Positions 24,551 through 36,341 of a DNA stretch of 64,000 nt are shown one piece after another. Origin of the DNA: Selaginella moellendorffii (taxonomy: Eukaryota > Plantae > Lycopodiophyta); assembly GCF_000143415.4 (NCBI RefSeq), contig NW_003314334.1, forward strand, positions 637,614-701,613, read 5' to 3'. The notes under the pieces were generated by a model. The model was not told the origin of the DNA, did no database searches, and worked only from the letters and a program-made list of their open reading frames with translations. Each line of letters opens with the position of its first letter. Positions within the stretch are counted from its first letter, which is position 1. A program made the translations under genes and the position numbers.

Positions 24551-25676
24551 TCGCTCTTCTCCTCCATATCGAAAGGGATACCCTAAACCTTTTCACCTTT
24601 CTCTATCTTTACCATTGTAATGTAGAAACAACCCTGTCAACGTCATCACGCTATCTTATTATTGTAGAGTGGAGTACGCTATGATCGAGCAAGCCTTAGA
24701 AATCCTTTAAAAATCACCCATTGTGTAAGAACTGGGGGACAAAGCCTAGCTAATGTGTCAGCTGATACAAAGCGTGGCCATCGCCATGCCAGGTAGTTAT
24801 TATATAGAGAAATATTCCCCGGATTGAGTGATTTGCACAGGGTATATCCACTCCGCCATAGCCAACTTGACGGGCACGTAAATGCCGTGCCGGGCGTTGA
24901 CGTTTTCACACGCGGAAAAGTACCAAATGCCATGGCGATCGGACGGCTAAGACGCGGACACGCCAGCCGCCCGTTTGGCTTTTACTCGAGAATATCCGGC
25001 CGACTTTTCCGGCCCGCGCGTCCTATCTGGCACATCTGACCGTTGCCATGTGGCCACGTGGGCTTTTGACGGGAAGTGACGGGCAGCCGTCAAACACGCT
25101 CTTCCTATGCTGTTTTGTGTGACCATCCTTTGTTGTTTTGTCCACGCTCTCTCGAGGCCTAAAGCTAGGGCTCTTGGCTGGGATGAAGCGGCGCGGAGGA
25201 GGAGCGTGATCGATCGCGATGGCGTCGATCCTTGCATCAGCGAGGGTAATATCCCTTCCGGATCGTCGGCAGCGGCGCAGGATCGGCGCGCTTGCGTCCT
25301 GTGATTGATCCCAGGGTTGACAACAAGGTGCTGCCACTGTTGCGGTGGAAGAATCGGTCACATATGCGGCACTGCCGTGTTGATCTTCAACGGTAACTGT
25401 TCCATGGCTGATCTTTGATCTTTGGCTCTACGCAGCGGCGGCATTGCCTAGGGGCATTCTTGGCTGAATGTGTCATCCCTTGGCCGCGACGAGGATCGAT
25501 CGCCCCGACGGGCAGCGCTGCCGCTGAGAAATATTTTTGTTTCCCTGGCTAAAGATCCTCCGGATTCGTCTCCGCCCGTCCAGCCCAGGCTCCCTCGATC
25601 CGGGATGAGCGTTCTTGGGCGATGATGATTCAGGTTCTCTAGGCAATTCGGCGTCCTCGACCGGGAAGCGCTCGCT

Positions 25677-28600
25677 ATGGCTATGGATTCGGACAGATGG
25701 TCGGAGGGGGAGCCTGGGGGCAGCATGAGATCAAGAACATGGTCAAGTATGAGAAGCAGGGAGGAGGGGCTCGTGTCCGTGGACGAAGTTGAGTCCCCAT
25801 TTCCAGGCCTCGAAGTGGATTTGTCTGCCAGTGATCTTCGAGAGACTGCCTATGAAGTACTCGTATGTGCGACTGTGGTGAACGAGGCCATTAGTGCTGC
25901 TGCTGGTTCGAAGTCACCTGGATCGCCACACTCGCCCGCTCACTTCGCGGTGCGCCGCCTCAAAAAGGCACTGACAATCAAATCGAGAAGAAGAGGAGGG
26001 GTGGATTCGCATTCCAGGGACCTCGACATCGCAAGGTCCCAAATGGAGATCTCCGAGCGCAGGGATGGACGCATCAGGAAGGCACTCTCGAGAGCGGCTG
26101 AGCATGTAAGACTTGGTCCTTTGACAAATATTGCTTGACTGATGCAAAGTTTGCTTTTTCTTCTTGAATCAGTCGGGAAATCGTCTTGAAGCTCTGCTGG
26201 TTCCTCTGGAGCTCCTGGCCAACCTCAGCTCCTCCGATTTTTCAAACTCCCAAGAGTACCGAAAGTGGCAGAAGCGTCAGCTGACGGTGCTTGAGGCTGG
26301 TCTTTTGGTTTATCCGGCTAGAGTTCACGAGAGCTCTGATGCTTTCGCAGCGCAGTTTCGAAAGGCGGTGTCTGACATTAGAGATAGACAGTCCAGAGGC
26401 TCAAAGCTCAAGGAAGGTATACAGGCTTTGCGAGCGGCATCTACGGGGTTGGCAGAGGGTGATGAATGCCACTGGGCGAGTGGTTTTCCACTCAACGTTC
26501 ACCTCTACGATATGCTACTCAGATCTCTGTTCGACAGCTTGGAAGAAGGCTCCTTTATTTTTGAGATCGACCAGATGATGGACCTGGTAAAGAAGACTTG
26601 GGGAATTCTGGGGATTACAGAGTTTTTGCACCATGTGTGCTTCATGTGGGTTCTCTTCCGGCAGTTCATTCTAACGGGTCAGGTGGAAGCCGAGCTGCTG
26701 AGAACAGCAGAGGTGGAGTTGAGAGAGGCCAGGAGATCTCATCCCGGAGAGCCGTCCTTGCAATCGGATCTTCTTTCGTCGGTACTCACAAGCATACAGG
26801 GGTGGTCCGAGATGAGGCTACTTTCCTATCACGTACACTTTACAAAGAAGGAAGTGAGGGCGATGGACGGTTTGGCGTCACTCTCTATTCTCGTGGACGA
26901 AGTGCTTAATGAGCACGTTCTACAGGAAGCCGGAGAGATCAATAGCCATATAGCAAGACTTCGATCAGATGAATATATCCAAGGATCTGTACAAGCATGC
27001 TTCACTCATGTAAGTCTCAATCATGCTGACTTTTCGGCCGACATAAAAGTTTCTTATCGTTTTCTGTTTTGATTCAGGTGTACAATAATGTGCTGGGCGA
27101 ATGTGGCCAAGTTTGCTCTACTGCACTAGTCGAGCTCGCAAAGAATGTAGCTCAGCTTGCTTCGGATGAAGAGGAGAACTTCTCGCCTATATTTAAGCAG
27201 TGGCATCCGTGTCCAGCAAGGCTGGCCGCGTCTACATTGCACACTTGCTATACCCGAGAGCTAAAGTATTTCATGTCGAAGTCTACTGAGCCGACGAAGG
27301 ATGTGCTGCGAGCTCTGGAATCGGCCGCCATGCTGGAGAAGAAACTAATGCGGATGTGCTCGGAAAGCAGCTTGAATTCTGGCGAGTTCACTCACGGTAG
27401 CTCAATTGCTGCAGATGCGGCAATTGACAAGCTGGTAAGTGACTGGCTCGAGGAGAATCTACAAAAGCTAGCGGAATGGGTGCACCGGAATGTCCAGCAA
27501 GAGGCAAGTCGTTTTTTTTTGTCTTGTGCAGTGGCCTGACGATAATGCTTTTACAGGATTGGAGTTCCGACGCTTTGCGAGAACACTATGCGATGTCTGG
27601 AGTGGAAGTATTACGAATGGTGGAGGACTTACTAGACGCATTTTTTGCGCTTCCAGTATATGAGAACCCGAACTTTCTTCGGAATCTTATCTCTGGAGTA
27701 AGCTCGGTTCTGGAGCGCTACGCATTTTTAACAGTGGCCGGATGCGGTAAGACTGCTCTTTTGTTTTCTAGCGCTGTCAAATTTGTCAAGCTCACTCTTG
27801 TCTTTTGTTACATTCTAGAGCCAAAGGAGGTTAATTTATTCTCGGAACGGAAAATCCTGACGCCGTCGCTCCTCAAGTCATCGTCGCTACTCAACAGAGT
27901 CGGCGAAGTTTGGAAGAAGAGATCGGAGACACTGACACTGTACAGGAACAAAGTTTGGCCGCAGCTAAACGAGGCTGATGCGGGTGACGACATCGCCGCG
28001 ACAGATGTGGAGCACCTGTGCGTGCGCATGAACACGCTTTACTACATCGAGACACAGATGGAGTTCCTGGAGAAGAAGATCCGCTACGGGTGGCAGGAGC
28101 TGACAAGCGGCACCAAACTAGAAGCAAACGAAGACGTCAAGTTCTCGGGGGCCCGGCACTACTGTCAAAACGGCATCCAGAAGCTCTGCGAGTTCATCGC
28201 GTACCAGACGGTCTTTTGCGACATGCGAGACAAGCACTGGGAGGTGATGTACAGCAGCAAGCACTACAGGATCAAGCCGGCCATCGACTATCTCAACACG
28301 CAGCTCTTGAAGGTGGCGGAGTCGAGCTCCGACTGGCTCCGGGACCGGCTAGTCAAGCACATCATGAAGTCCTCGTTTGAGGCGTTCGTCCAGGTGGTCT
28401 CGCACCAGAGCAAGCTCCACGCGGTGGAAGCTCCCGAGGTGGAGATGTACGAGGAAGAGTTTGGCTACCTGGTGGAACTGTTCAAGGCCGGAGGAGAGGG
28501 CCTGCAGGACGACCTCGTGGACAGGACCGCGGAGCCAGTGCTGGATTTCCTCAAGCTACTGCTCATCAAGCCGGCAAAGCAAGAGCAAATCGAGGCGGAC

Positions 28601-28837
28601 GAAGAAGAGAGCAGGGACTCGTCGTCATCGCCGAGCAGCGGTGGAGGCTTTAAGGCGGTGGTGGATTTCGAGGCCAATCTCCGGGTGATGTTCACAAAGT
28701 CGTCCAAGTCGCCGCCGGTGCCGCAGGGTCTCCAGCACTTGACGAACACGAATGTGCTCGCCACCGCGCTGGGCTATCGCTGCCATTCCATGGCCTCGAA
28801 GTTCGTCAAGAAGTCCTTTGATTTCTCCAAGGTTTGA
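25677..28837 (+). CDS. DUF810 / Munc13-homology protein (PATROL1-like)
   Basis: LSASDLRETAYEVL, LVPLELL...EYRKWQKRQLTVLEAGLL, CHWASGFPLNVHLY, CFMWVLFRQF, FSPIFKQWHP and LCVRMNTL; GC-AG intron at 27504-27556. Confidence 0.9.
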
Positions 28838-29039
28838 GGAGAGCTGAGCTCGTTCTACAAAGATTCAACGACAACGAGATCGATAGGAAGACAAAAGGAA
28901 GGAGAAAAAAAGAGAGGGAGGGAGAGAGAGAGAAGCTAGCATTAAAGACCAGTGGTCTACTTGCCGACTAAAAACTGGTTGGAAGAATCGAGGCAGTGGT
29001 CTTGTATTGAATTTCACAAGAACAAAACCATCCCGCTCG

Positions 29040-29152
29040 TTGACTGGCCCAGTATAAATGCGTTGACTCATTGACTTTTCCAGCCTTTGAACAAGAATAT
29101 CCCTCTGTTGACTAATATACGTTGACAATTTTAGGCCGTTGACCTCTTGACC
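29040..29152 (+). promoter_or_regulatory. Dense W-box cluster upstream of the BTB gene
   Basis: TTGACY at 29040, 29063, 29071, 29108, 29139 and 29147, plus TTGACA at 29122; telo-box TAGGGTTT at ~29186. Confidence 0.55.
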
Positions 29153-29300
29153 ATTTTAAAGCTCATTTTATCCTAGCGAACTACCTAGGGTTTACGCGCG
29201 AGCGAACGAAGGGAGCAAGGTATGGCGTCTCTGGCCCGGCCGATCGCGCGCAGCAGGGGCCTCTAGATCGTCGAATCGGTCGAAATATGTGGAGATCGAG

Positions 29301-30542
29301 ATGGGAATAGGAGGCGCCGGGGAGAGGGAGATTCTCAAGCTCGGGGATCGCAGCACTAGCGACGTGATTGTGCGCGTCGGGACTCCCGGCAGGGATTGTA
29401 GCTTCTACGCTCACTCGGCGGTGCTCCGGCCTCGCAGCAGCTGCTTGGCGGCAAATCTTGCCAAGGGCAGCGATTCCATCCTGCTGGGGTGCTGCGAGGA
29501 AGATTTCGACTACTACGTGATTCTTCTCCGGATTTTCTATGCAATGCAGGAGGATTTCTCCTCTGGTTCCTGCGGGATCGTGGCAGAGGAATGCTGCAAC
29601 GTGAAGGCGACCATCGGCGTGGCGAAAGTTGCCACGGAGCTGGGGTGCGAGGCCATCGTCGAGAAATGCTTCAAGTTTCTAGAGGGAATTCCATGGAACG
29701 AGGGTGAGGAGGAGGAGATGTTACAGGCATTGTCCGCGGGCATTTGCTCCAGCGATGATCCGGTTCTAGCCAGGTTGCGGACAGTGGACAGTGCTGTGGT
29801 GCGAGAAGTTTTTCTCTCGGCGATCATCGCTGCTACCCGGGAGAGCGATGCCGGCGTCTCGATCAAGCGCAAAGTTTCCGCGCAGGAGCAAATCGAGTAC
29901 ATGCTGGTGGAAGACGACGACGCTCCGCTCATCACTTCCGACAGCCAGATCAAGTTGGCGTTCCGGGAAAAATTCTGCGAGCTCTTCCATCGTTTCAAGG
30001 ACGTGATCACGATCGAGGGCGGTGGTGCTGAAACCTTCGAAGACGCTATTCTGGAAAAGCTAGCGGACGTTGCTTGGGCCTCGCGTGTTCTGTCGAGGCT
30101 TGGCTCGCTCGACGAACTTGTTTTGGCCTGGTCGGACTTCTCCCCGGAGATCGTGTTCGTCTTCCAGGACCCAGCCTTGAGCAGTGGGATCAAACTCAAG
30201 GTGATGGAGATCACCTCAAAGGTTTTGGAAGCCGTCGGCTATGGCAACGTTTTGATACCGCCAACTCAAAGGACTGGGCTCGTGAAAGCTTGGCTTCCTT
30301 TCGTGAGAGACATGAAGATGGTGCTGCTGGAAGCCGAGTGCGTGGAAGAGACGATGCTGCTTTACAACAGCATCGAGGCCGCCATAAACTCCCTCGTTTT
30401 GTCACTGCCGTCGGACGATCAAGGCGTGATCTTGGCCGAGTGGCTCAAGAACGAGAGGGCGAGCTATCCCGACCTAAGCGAAGCGTTTGAGGTGTGGTGC
30501 TTCCGGAGTAAAGCAGCCAAACGCAGACTCAGTTGCGGCTAG
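29301..30542 (+). CDS. Intronless BTB/POZ domain protein (At3g05675-like)
   Basis: KLGDRSTSDVIVR, CFKFLEGIPWNEGEEEE, SAQEQIEYMLVEDDDAPLI, KVLEAVGYGNVLIP and YPDLSEAFEVWCFRSKAAKRRL. Confidence 0.9.
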   Translation: MGIGGAGEREILKLGDRSTSDVIVRVGTPGRDCSFYAHSAVLRPRSSCLAANLAKGSDSILLGCCEEDFDYYVILLRIFYAMQEDFSSGSCGIVAEECCNVKATIGVAKVATELGCEAIVEKCFKFLEGIPWNEGEEEEMLQALSAGICSSDDPVLARLRTVDSAVVREVFLSAIIAATRESDAGVSIKRKVSAQEQIEYMLVEDDDAPLITSDSQIKLAFREKFCELFHRFKDVITIEGGGAETFEDAILEKLADVAWASRVLSRLGSLDELVLAWSDFSPEIVFVFQDPALSSGIKLKVMEITSKVLEAVGYGNVLIPPTQRTGLVKAWLPFVRDMKMVLLEAECVEETMLLYNSIEAAINSLVLSLPSDDQGVILAEWLKNERASYPDLSEAFEVWCFRSKAAKRRLSCG

Positions 30543-31032
30543 AAAGGACTATTGGCTTCTCTCGACGGCTTGCAGGTATGCTGCCATTTTCTCTCGTTCT
30601 CTAATGCTAAGAAGCGTCCTGTGATTTTTAGCGGAGCTTGTTACGTGGAGCTAGTAAACCGCATTCGCCGACACTTTTCCGGAGAGATGACACGCCCTCG
30701 CCGGATGAGTTTGATTGAGGAGGTAAGCATTACGTAGTTTAATACAATACCTTTTCTTTCGTTTTCTAGAGAGTCCTGTCATCGATTCTTCCACGCCGAT
30801 TAATCCTCGTCGTCATCTACTTCAGACTTTTCTACGCTTGGAAAGTCAATGTCTGCGGTGAACAGTAGGGATTGCAGCGGCGGCACCTCAATCGCGAGCT
30901 CTCTCAGTCTCTCAAACCCCTTCTTATGGTGAGTGAGGAAAAGGTTATAGCGTCTCAGATGAGCACGATTGTTCTATAAACACTTCGTATTTTTGTGAGG
31001 GAGTGATTTGCAAATCTCACACTCATCGCAAG

Positions 31033-31458
31033 ATGCAGGAAGCTCGTGTGTGGTTTCACAACAACACCGATTTTACTCTAATGCTCTATCGCAGTGTACG
31101 CTCTGTTTTAGACTCGACAAAGTTCACTGTGATTGAAGCCCACAAGAAGAAGAAGATCGCTATCAAGCTAGGCTACAGTATTGAGGTAATGGCTTGTACA
31201 AACAAGGGGAGATTATCAACAGGTTTGTACATAAGGATGCAGGATGTAAAGGAAAATGTGAAGTATTTCGAAGTAGATGATATTGCCTGGAAAAACTTTA
31301 TCTTGAGTAACGACTTGGGCGAGAAAATCAGGAGTGGCACCCTGTCTCACCAAGAAGAAGAGGAAATAGATAAAGGTTTTGTGTGGAACGTGGTAGCTGC
31401 CTTGTCCAAATTCTTTTCATTGGGCTCCAGCAGTATTTACAAGCAGAGTTTGAAATAA
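31033..31458 (+). CDS. Orphan ~141-aa protein of unknown function
   Basis: Uninterrupted ORF with ATG at 31033. Decayed copies at 35886-36170 (+) and ~33290-33375 (-) keep the peptide (WFHN.TD, FTVIE.H.KKKIAIKLGYSIEVM, VKYF.VDDIAW). Confidence 0.55.
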   Translation: MQEARVWFHNNTDFTLMLYRSVRSVLDSTKFTVIEAHKKKKIAIKLGYSIEVMACTNKGRLSTGLYIRMQDVKENVKYFEVDDIAWKNFILSNDLGEKIRSGTLSHQEEEEIDKGFVWNVVAALSKFFSLGSSSIYKQSLK

Positions 31459-32785
31459 AATCATGTTGGTTTGCTTAATAGTAATTTATAAATATAAAAA
31501 TTTATAACTGTTAATATATATTAGATTATATAAACATGTTTCTAATTTATAAACTTTTATAAACTAATAGGAGAACTTACCCCAATTATCCGCCAGTGTT
31601 GCTTGAGCTTTGTCAGCTCCAGCAACATGAGCAGCTTGAATCCGTGTAGGAATTGCCAGGCTTTAATCTAGCTACAGGGATTGGGAAAAGGGAGCTGGAT
31701 TCTCCGACAAAATTTTCTGCCACCTCTTTAAGTTAGCATCATATAATTATTGACTATTGATTGTCTCATTTTGCTCTTCTTCTTTAGCCATGGAAGCTAG
31801 ACCACACTGAGTACCATTCCTCCACAACCTTCTCTAGTTCTCACGATGCAGCTGCACATGATCTGGTTCAATTTATACAAGTGCTTTGATGAATCAATGA
31901 AAGGGAAACAAGGATAAATGCAAAAAAATGGAGGATTCCTAGTGAAGAAGGATTTCTAACTCACCTCATGAACTGATAATTGATTGATTGATCAGAAAAC
32001 TTACCAAATTAAAATAACAAATCAACCTATTTTTTACCCAACACTTATGGTTTAAAATCTTAATCACTATCATTTGTCGATTTGCTAAGGTCTGACAGTT
32101 GAGAAGTTTAACAGAGCAAGCTCTTTAAGTTAGGCGCTAGCGCTCTTGCAAGACAATGGATTCCCACTCACTTTCGTGTGTGAGCTATGCAGTGTGCCCC
32201 GCAGGTACTGAGTCCTTTGCTTCAATCAAGCTAGCTTGTTGCTCAAGTGTTTTCAAATTATTTTATGCATAAAATTCCAGCCTATATACTCACATCTTAT
32301 ATTTTGGCAAGGTGATTCGGTGACGATTACAAGAGAATTTTGAGACTTTCGTAATCTAATAAATAATCAATTGGATTAAGGTTTTCTCAAGATGATTATA
32401 CCAGAGTATACTCTATCATCAGAAGTTCTTTGGCAGAATCTTTCAGCAAGAATCTCTATCAATCACTTGCAAATTTAAGCCACATGGTGCATCAATAGTA
32501 AGCATACATATGATCGCCAATAACAAAATCCTCAACTTCAAGGTCATGAAAATGGACTTTTTTTTTATCATGAATATGAAGTTATACTTTTGATGATCAT
32601 CTTTCTCGATAAGGTTTTGGGATACTTCATGCGACGTTGGTAAGAATTTGATTTGTATTATTCATTCATCCTCATCTCCAACTTTAAAGGATGGAATACT
32701 TACAGTTCAACATGTTTTTCCTGTTTTAGACCACAAAACCTTGGTTGCTTACGTCCATTTAAAATATATAGCAAGAATATCCCTC

Positions 32786-33290
32786 TCGTTTGACTACATT
32801 TCTGGGTTTATGCGCGTGGTTCGGCTGATTGCGCGCAACAAGGACCTCTAGATCGTCAAATCTATCAAAATATGTGAAGATCAAGATGGGGACAGGAGGT
32901 CCCGGGACAGAGATATTTTTAAGCTTGGGGATCACAACACTAGCCACGGGGTTGTGTGCGTTGGGACACATGCTAGGGATTATAGCTTTTATGCTCACTC
33001 GGCAGTGCTCTAGCCTCGCAGCAGCTACCTGGCGGCACATGCAGGAGGATTTCTCCTGCGCAATCGTGACAGACGAATGCTGCAACATGAACCATCAGTG
33101 TGGTGAAAGTGGCCATGGAGCTGGGGTGCGAGGCTATCGTTGAGAAATGCTTCGAGTTTCTAGACGGTGGAAACATCTCCTTCCTGAGGAGGAGATGTTA
33201 CAAGCACTGTCCGCAGACATTTGCTCCGGCGATGATTCGGTTCTAGCCAGGTTGCAGACAGTGGACAGTGTAGTGCGAGAAGTTTTGTCA
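32786..33290 (+). pseudogene. Truncated, frameshifted duplicate of the 5' part of the BTB gene
   Basis: Nucleotide matches to 29187-29815 (e.g. atgcaggaggatttctcct, gaggaggagatgttaca, ggttctagccaggttgc) with deletions. Confidence 0.9.
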
Positions 33291-34249
33291 ATCACAGTGA
33301 ACATTGTCAAGTGTAAAATGGATTGTAAACTGCGAGAGTGCACCAGAAGGATATCAGTGTTGTGAAACCACACACAAGTTTTATGCTATCTCACGAGTCC
33401 AACATATGGGATATGCTAGAGGATTTGAATGTTTAGTTTACATATCAAGAGCTGCAAGTATAGCAGGTTTTCCGTATCCCATCCTTATCCTGGATGTTGG
33501 AGAGCTTCACAAGCTTGGAAGGCAAGGAGGCAAGTCTCATCCAGCTTCTCCAACTGCTTCAGCCACTGCTGAACAGCTTCATCCCAATCATAATTGTGAG
33601 CTACTGCTGTCTGTAAAGAAGGAACCTCATAAACCAATTGGAATGGTGAGAACCATGTAGTTACTTTGGAAGCAACTCTATAAGCCTATAGTGCATCAAG
33701 AAGCTTGGGAATCCTATATTGCACCAGCTCAGGATCTACTTTAGCAAGTTTAGCATAGCTCCATGCGAACATATATTGAAACTCCAAAAATAGTTGACAA
33801 TCTCCATCTCCCCCTTAATGAGTTGGTGTCCCATTAGTAACTCACATTGCTCATCACCATAAAAACAACTTGTGTCTAGGGTTGCTTCCCAAAATAATCT
33901 GAATCAACTTTCGGCACTATATCCACTGAAAGCTGACAACCATCTAGCTCTTGAGGTCCATCCATGATTCGAATTGGCTGTTGTTGATGACTCCAACATA
34001 TTATGATCCTTGTATGTTGCCTTTGATACTGGAGGTGTTGCGTAGTCTAGGGAGACTAGATTTTTGTCTTTTCACGCTGGATCATAACATTGGCCTCTTT
34101 AGGTTACCATCTTTGCTTTTTAACTTTGAAGCCTTCTAGACTTTCAACATGTAAGAAAAGTCATAGTCAAGTGCATTGATATCAAACAAGATGATCATCT
34201 GATATTGATGATTATCATCTTCCACCACTAGAGTACTAGTCATATAGTC

Positions 34250-35540
34250 ATGAGCAGCTTGCATTTGGAAAAGCCAAGATGCATGTTGGGCAGTGAGCAG
34301 CCCAGATCAGATCCTCCGGCTACAAATGACCACGATATACCAGTCTCTAATCCTAAAATAACTACTCCAGCTAAGGTTCTTGATAAGGGCCAGGGAGTCT
34401 CCAAGGTGCTATAAAAGAAGTGGAAACGGAGTGTTAAATCTGAAAATGCAGCCCTACAATATTCTTCAAGACTTAGACAATCAACACCCGAACATCACAT
34501 TCACTCAGCTCATGCAATTGGCTCTAGGCATGAGGAAGGTGTTGGCTGTGGCTATAAAGGGACATCAAGAAGTAGCCACTTATCACAGATCTTAGTTCCC
34601 CCTGTATAGATGTGGAGCTGCAAGGCAAGTTGATCTATCACGCTGTGATCAATGGTAGAAATGAGAGAGAGAATGTAAGATCCATTTTGTGATTGCGGGT
34701 GAATATTTTGCCTGAGGAGACATAGCAAAAGTTCAATCTCTTAGAACCAATTCTAGTGCCATTTATGGTTAAAATGGCAAACCAGAGCAAGAGGAATAGT
34801 GACTAGTGTTCACACTCAAATTGTTGGTTTAGTTTTCCACATCGATTTTGTGGTCTTAAAGATGAAGGAGGGCAGAAGTGGATAGCCCAAGGACGTCTGA
34901 GCAGAAGTGGATAGCCCAACATGCCCTCCTTCATCTTCAAGACCACAAAATCAAAGTGGAAAACTAAACCAACAATCTGAGTGTGAACACTGGTCATGAT
35001 TCCTCTTGGCTGGACATATCTCTAGTTTGCCATTTTAACCATAAATGGCACTGGAATTGGTTCTAAAAGATTGAACTTTTGCCATGTCTCCTCAGGCAAA
35101 ATATTCACCCCATTTCTACCATTGATCACAGCATGACAGATTAGCTCGCCTTGCAACTCCACATTTATACAGGGGGAACTAAGATCTATGATAAGTTCTT
35201 ATATGATAACTATCCAAATCTTGAAGAATATTGTAAAGCTGCATTTTCAAATTCAGCACTCTGTTTCCACTTCTTACATAACACCTCCACCTTATCAAGA
35301 ACCCTAGCCGGGGTAGTTATTTTGGGATCAAGGACTTGGTTTATCTTGGACATTTGTAGCCAGAGGATCTAATCTAGGCTACTCACTCTCTCTTCTCTCC
35401 TTGCAGTTCTTCTTGCGTTTTGCTCTGGGTCATCCTCCTCCTCAGCATCATCATTTACAGAGTTCTCCATCTAGTGCCACTCTAGATTCTAGTGCAGCTT
35501 GCTGGACAAAAATTGCATTGCTTTCTACAACCCCTTTTCC
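34250..35540. mobile_element. Ty3/gypsy gag-protease remnant present as a head-to-head inverted duplication
   Basis: PYNILQDLDNQHPNITFTQLMQL (gag C-terminus-like), VNILPEET, PFMVKMANQ and DFVVLKMKEGMLGYPLLLRRPW (retropepsin C-terminus). Arms ~34300-34875 and ~34922-35380 are reverse complements. Confidence 0.8.
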
Positions 35541-35544
35541 CTTG

Positions 35545-36170
35545 CTGTGATGTTTAGCAGGGCTTGTTATGTGGAGCTAGATTGAACCGCCGAAGAGATG
35601 ACACACTTTTGCCGGATGAATTTGATTACCACTTTTGTGACCGAGATAGTTTAATACAATACCTTTATAAACTATGTTCTCTCGTTTTCTAGAGAGCCCT
35701 GTCATTGATTCTTCCATGCCGAATATTCCTTGTCGTCGTAATTTTCTACGCTTGGAAAGTCAATGTCTGCGGTGAACAGTTCTTATGGTGAGTGAGAGAG
35801 AGAGGGATAGGTTATAGAGTCCCAGATCACGATTGTTCTATAAAAACTTCGTTGCAAATCTCACACTCATCACACTCATCGCATTATGCAGGAAGGTCGT
35901 GTGTGGTTTTCACAACGGCACCGATTTTACTCTAGTGCTCTAGCTCTGTTTTAGACTTGACAAGGTTCACTGTGATTGAAACTCACAACAAAAAGAAGAT
36001 TGCTATCAAGCTAGGCTATAGTATTGAGGTAATGACTTTACAAACAAAGGGAACTTATGTGAAGTATTTCGTCGTAGATGATATTGCCTGGGAAAACTTT
36101 ATCCTGAGTAACAACTTGGGCGAGAAAATCAAGAAGCTGAAAAGGCAAACATAAAGGTTTTGTATGGTAA
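35545..36170 (+). pseudogene. Decayed duplicate of 30618-31400 (orphan gene and its upstream exon-like segments)
   Basis: Shared strings ttttctacgcttggaaagtcaatgtctgcggtgaacagt, cacgattgttctataaa and gtagatgatattgcctgg; frameshifts and deletions. Confidence 0.9.
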
Positions 36171-36341
36171 CTCCAGTCTATTTCGACACCCAAACTGAGA
36201 GCTACACAAGCCTCACGTGAAAAAAAAGTCATTTCTAGGTGTGTCAGACCATTTGAGACGCCGCATCAGATCGATCTACTCCACTTTCACGGGCTCTCTA
36301 AACCCTTATAATAGTTTTTGAATGGGCGAGAGAGGGCGGTC

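Noticed and set aside
31570-32700. Possible retrotransposon gag remnant (minus-strand KAWQFLHGFK)
   Set aside because: Too short and degraded to support a call without a search.
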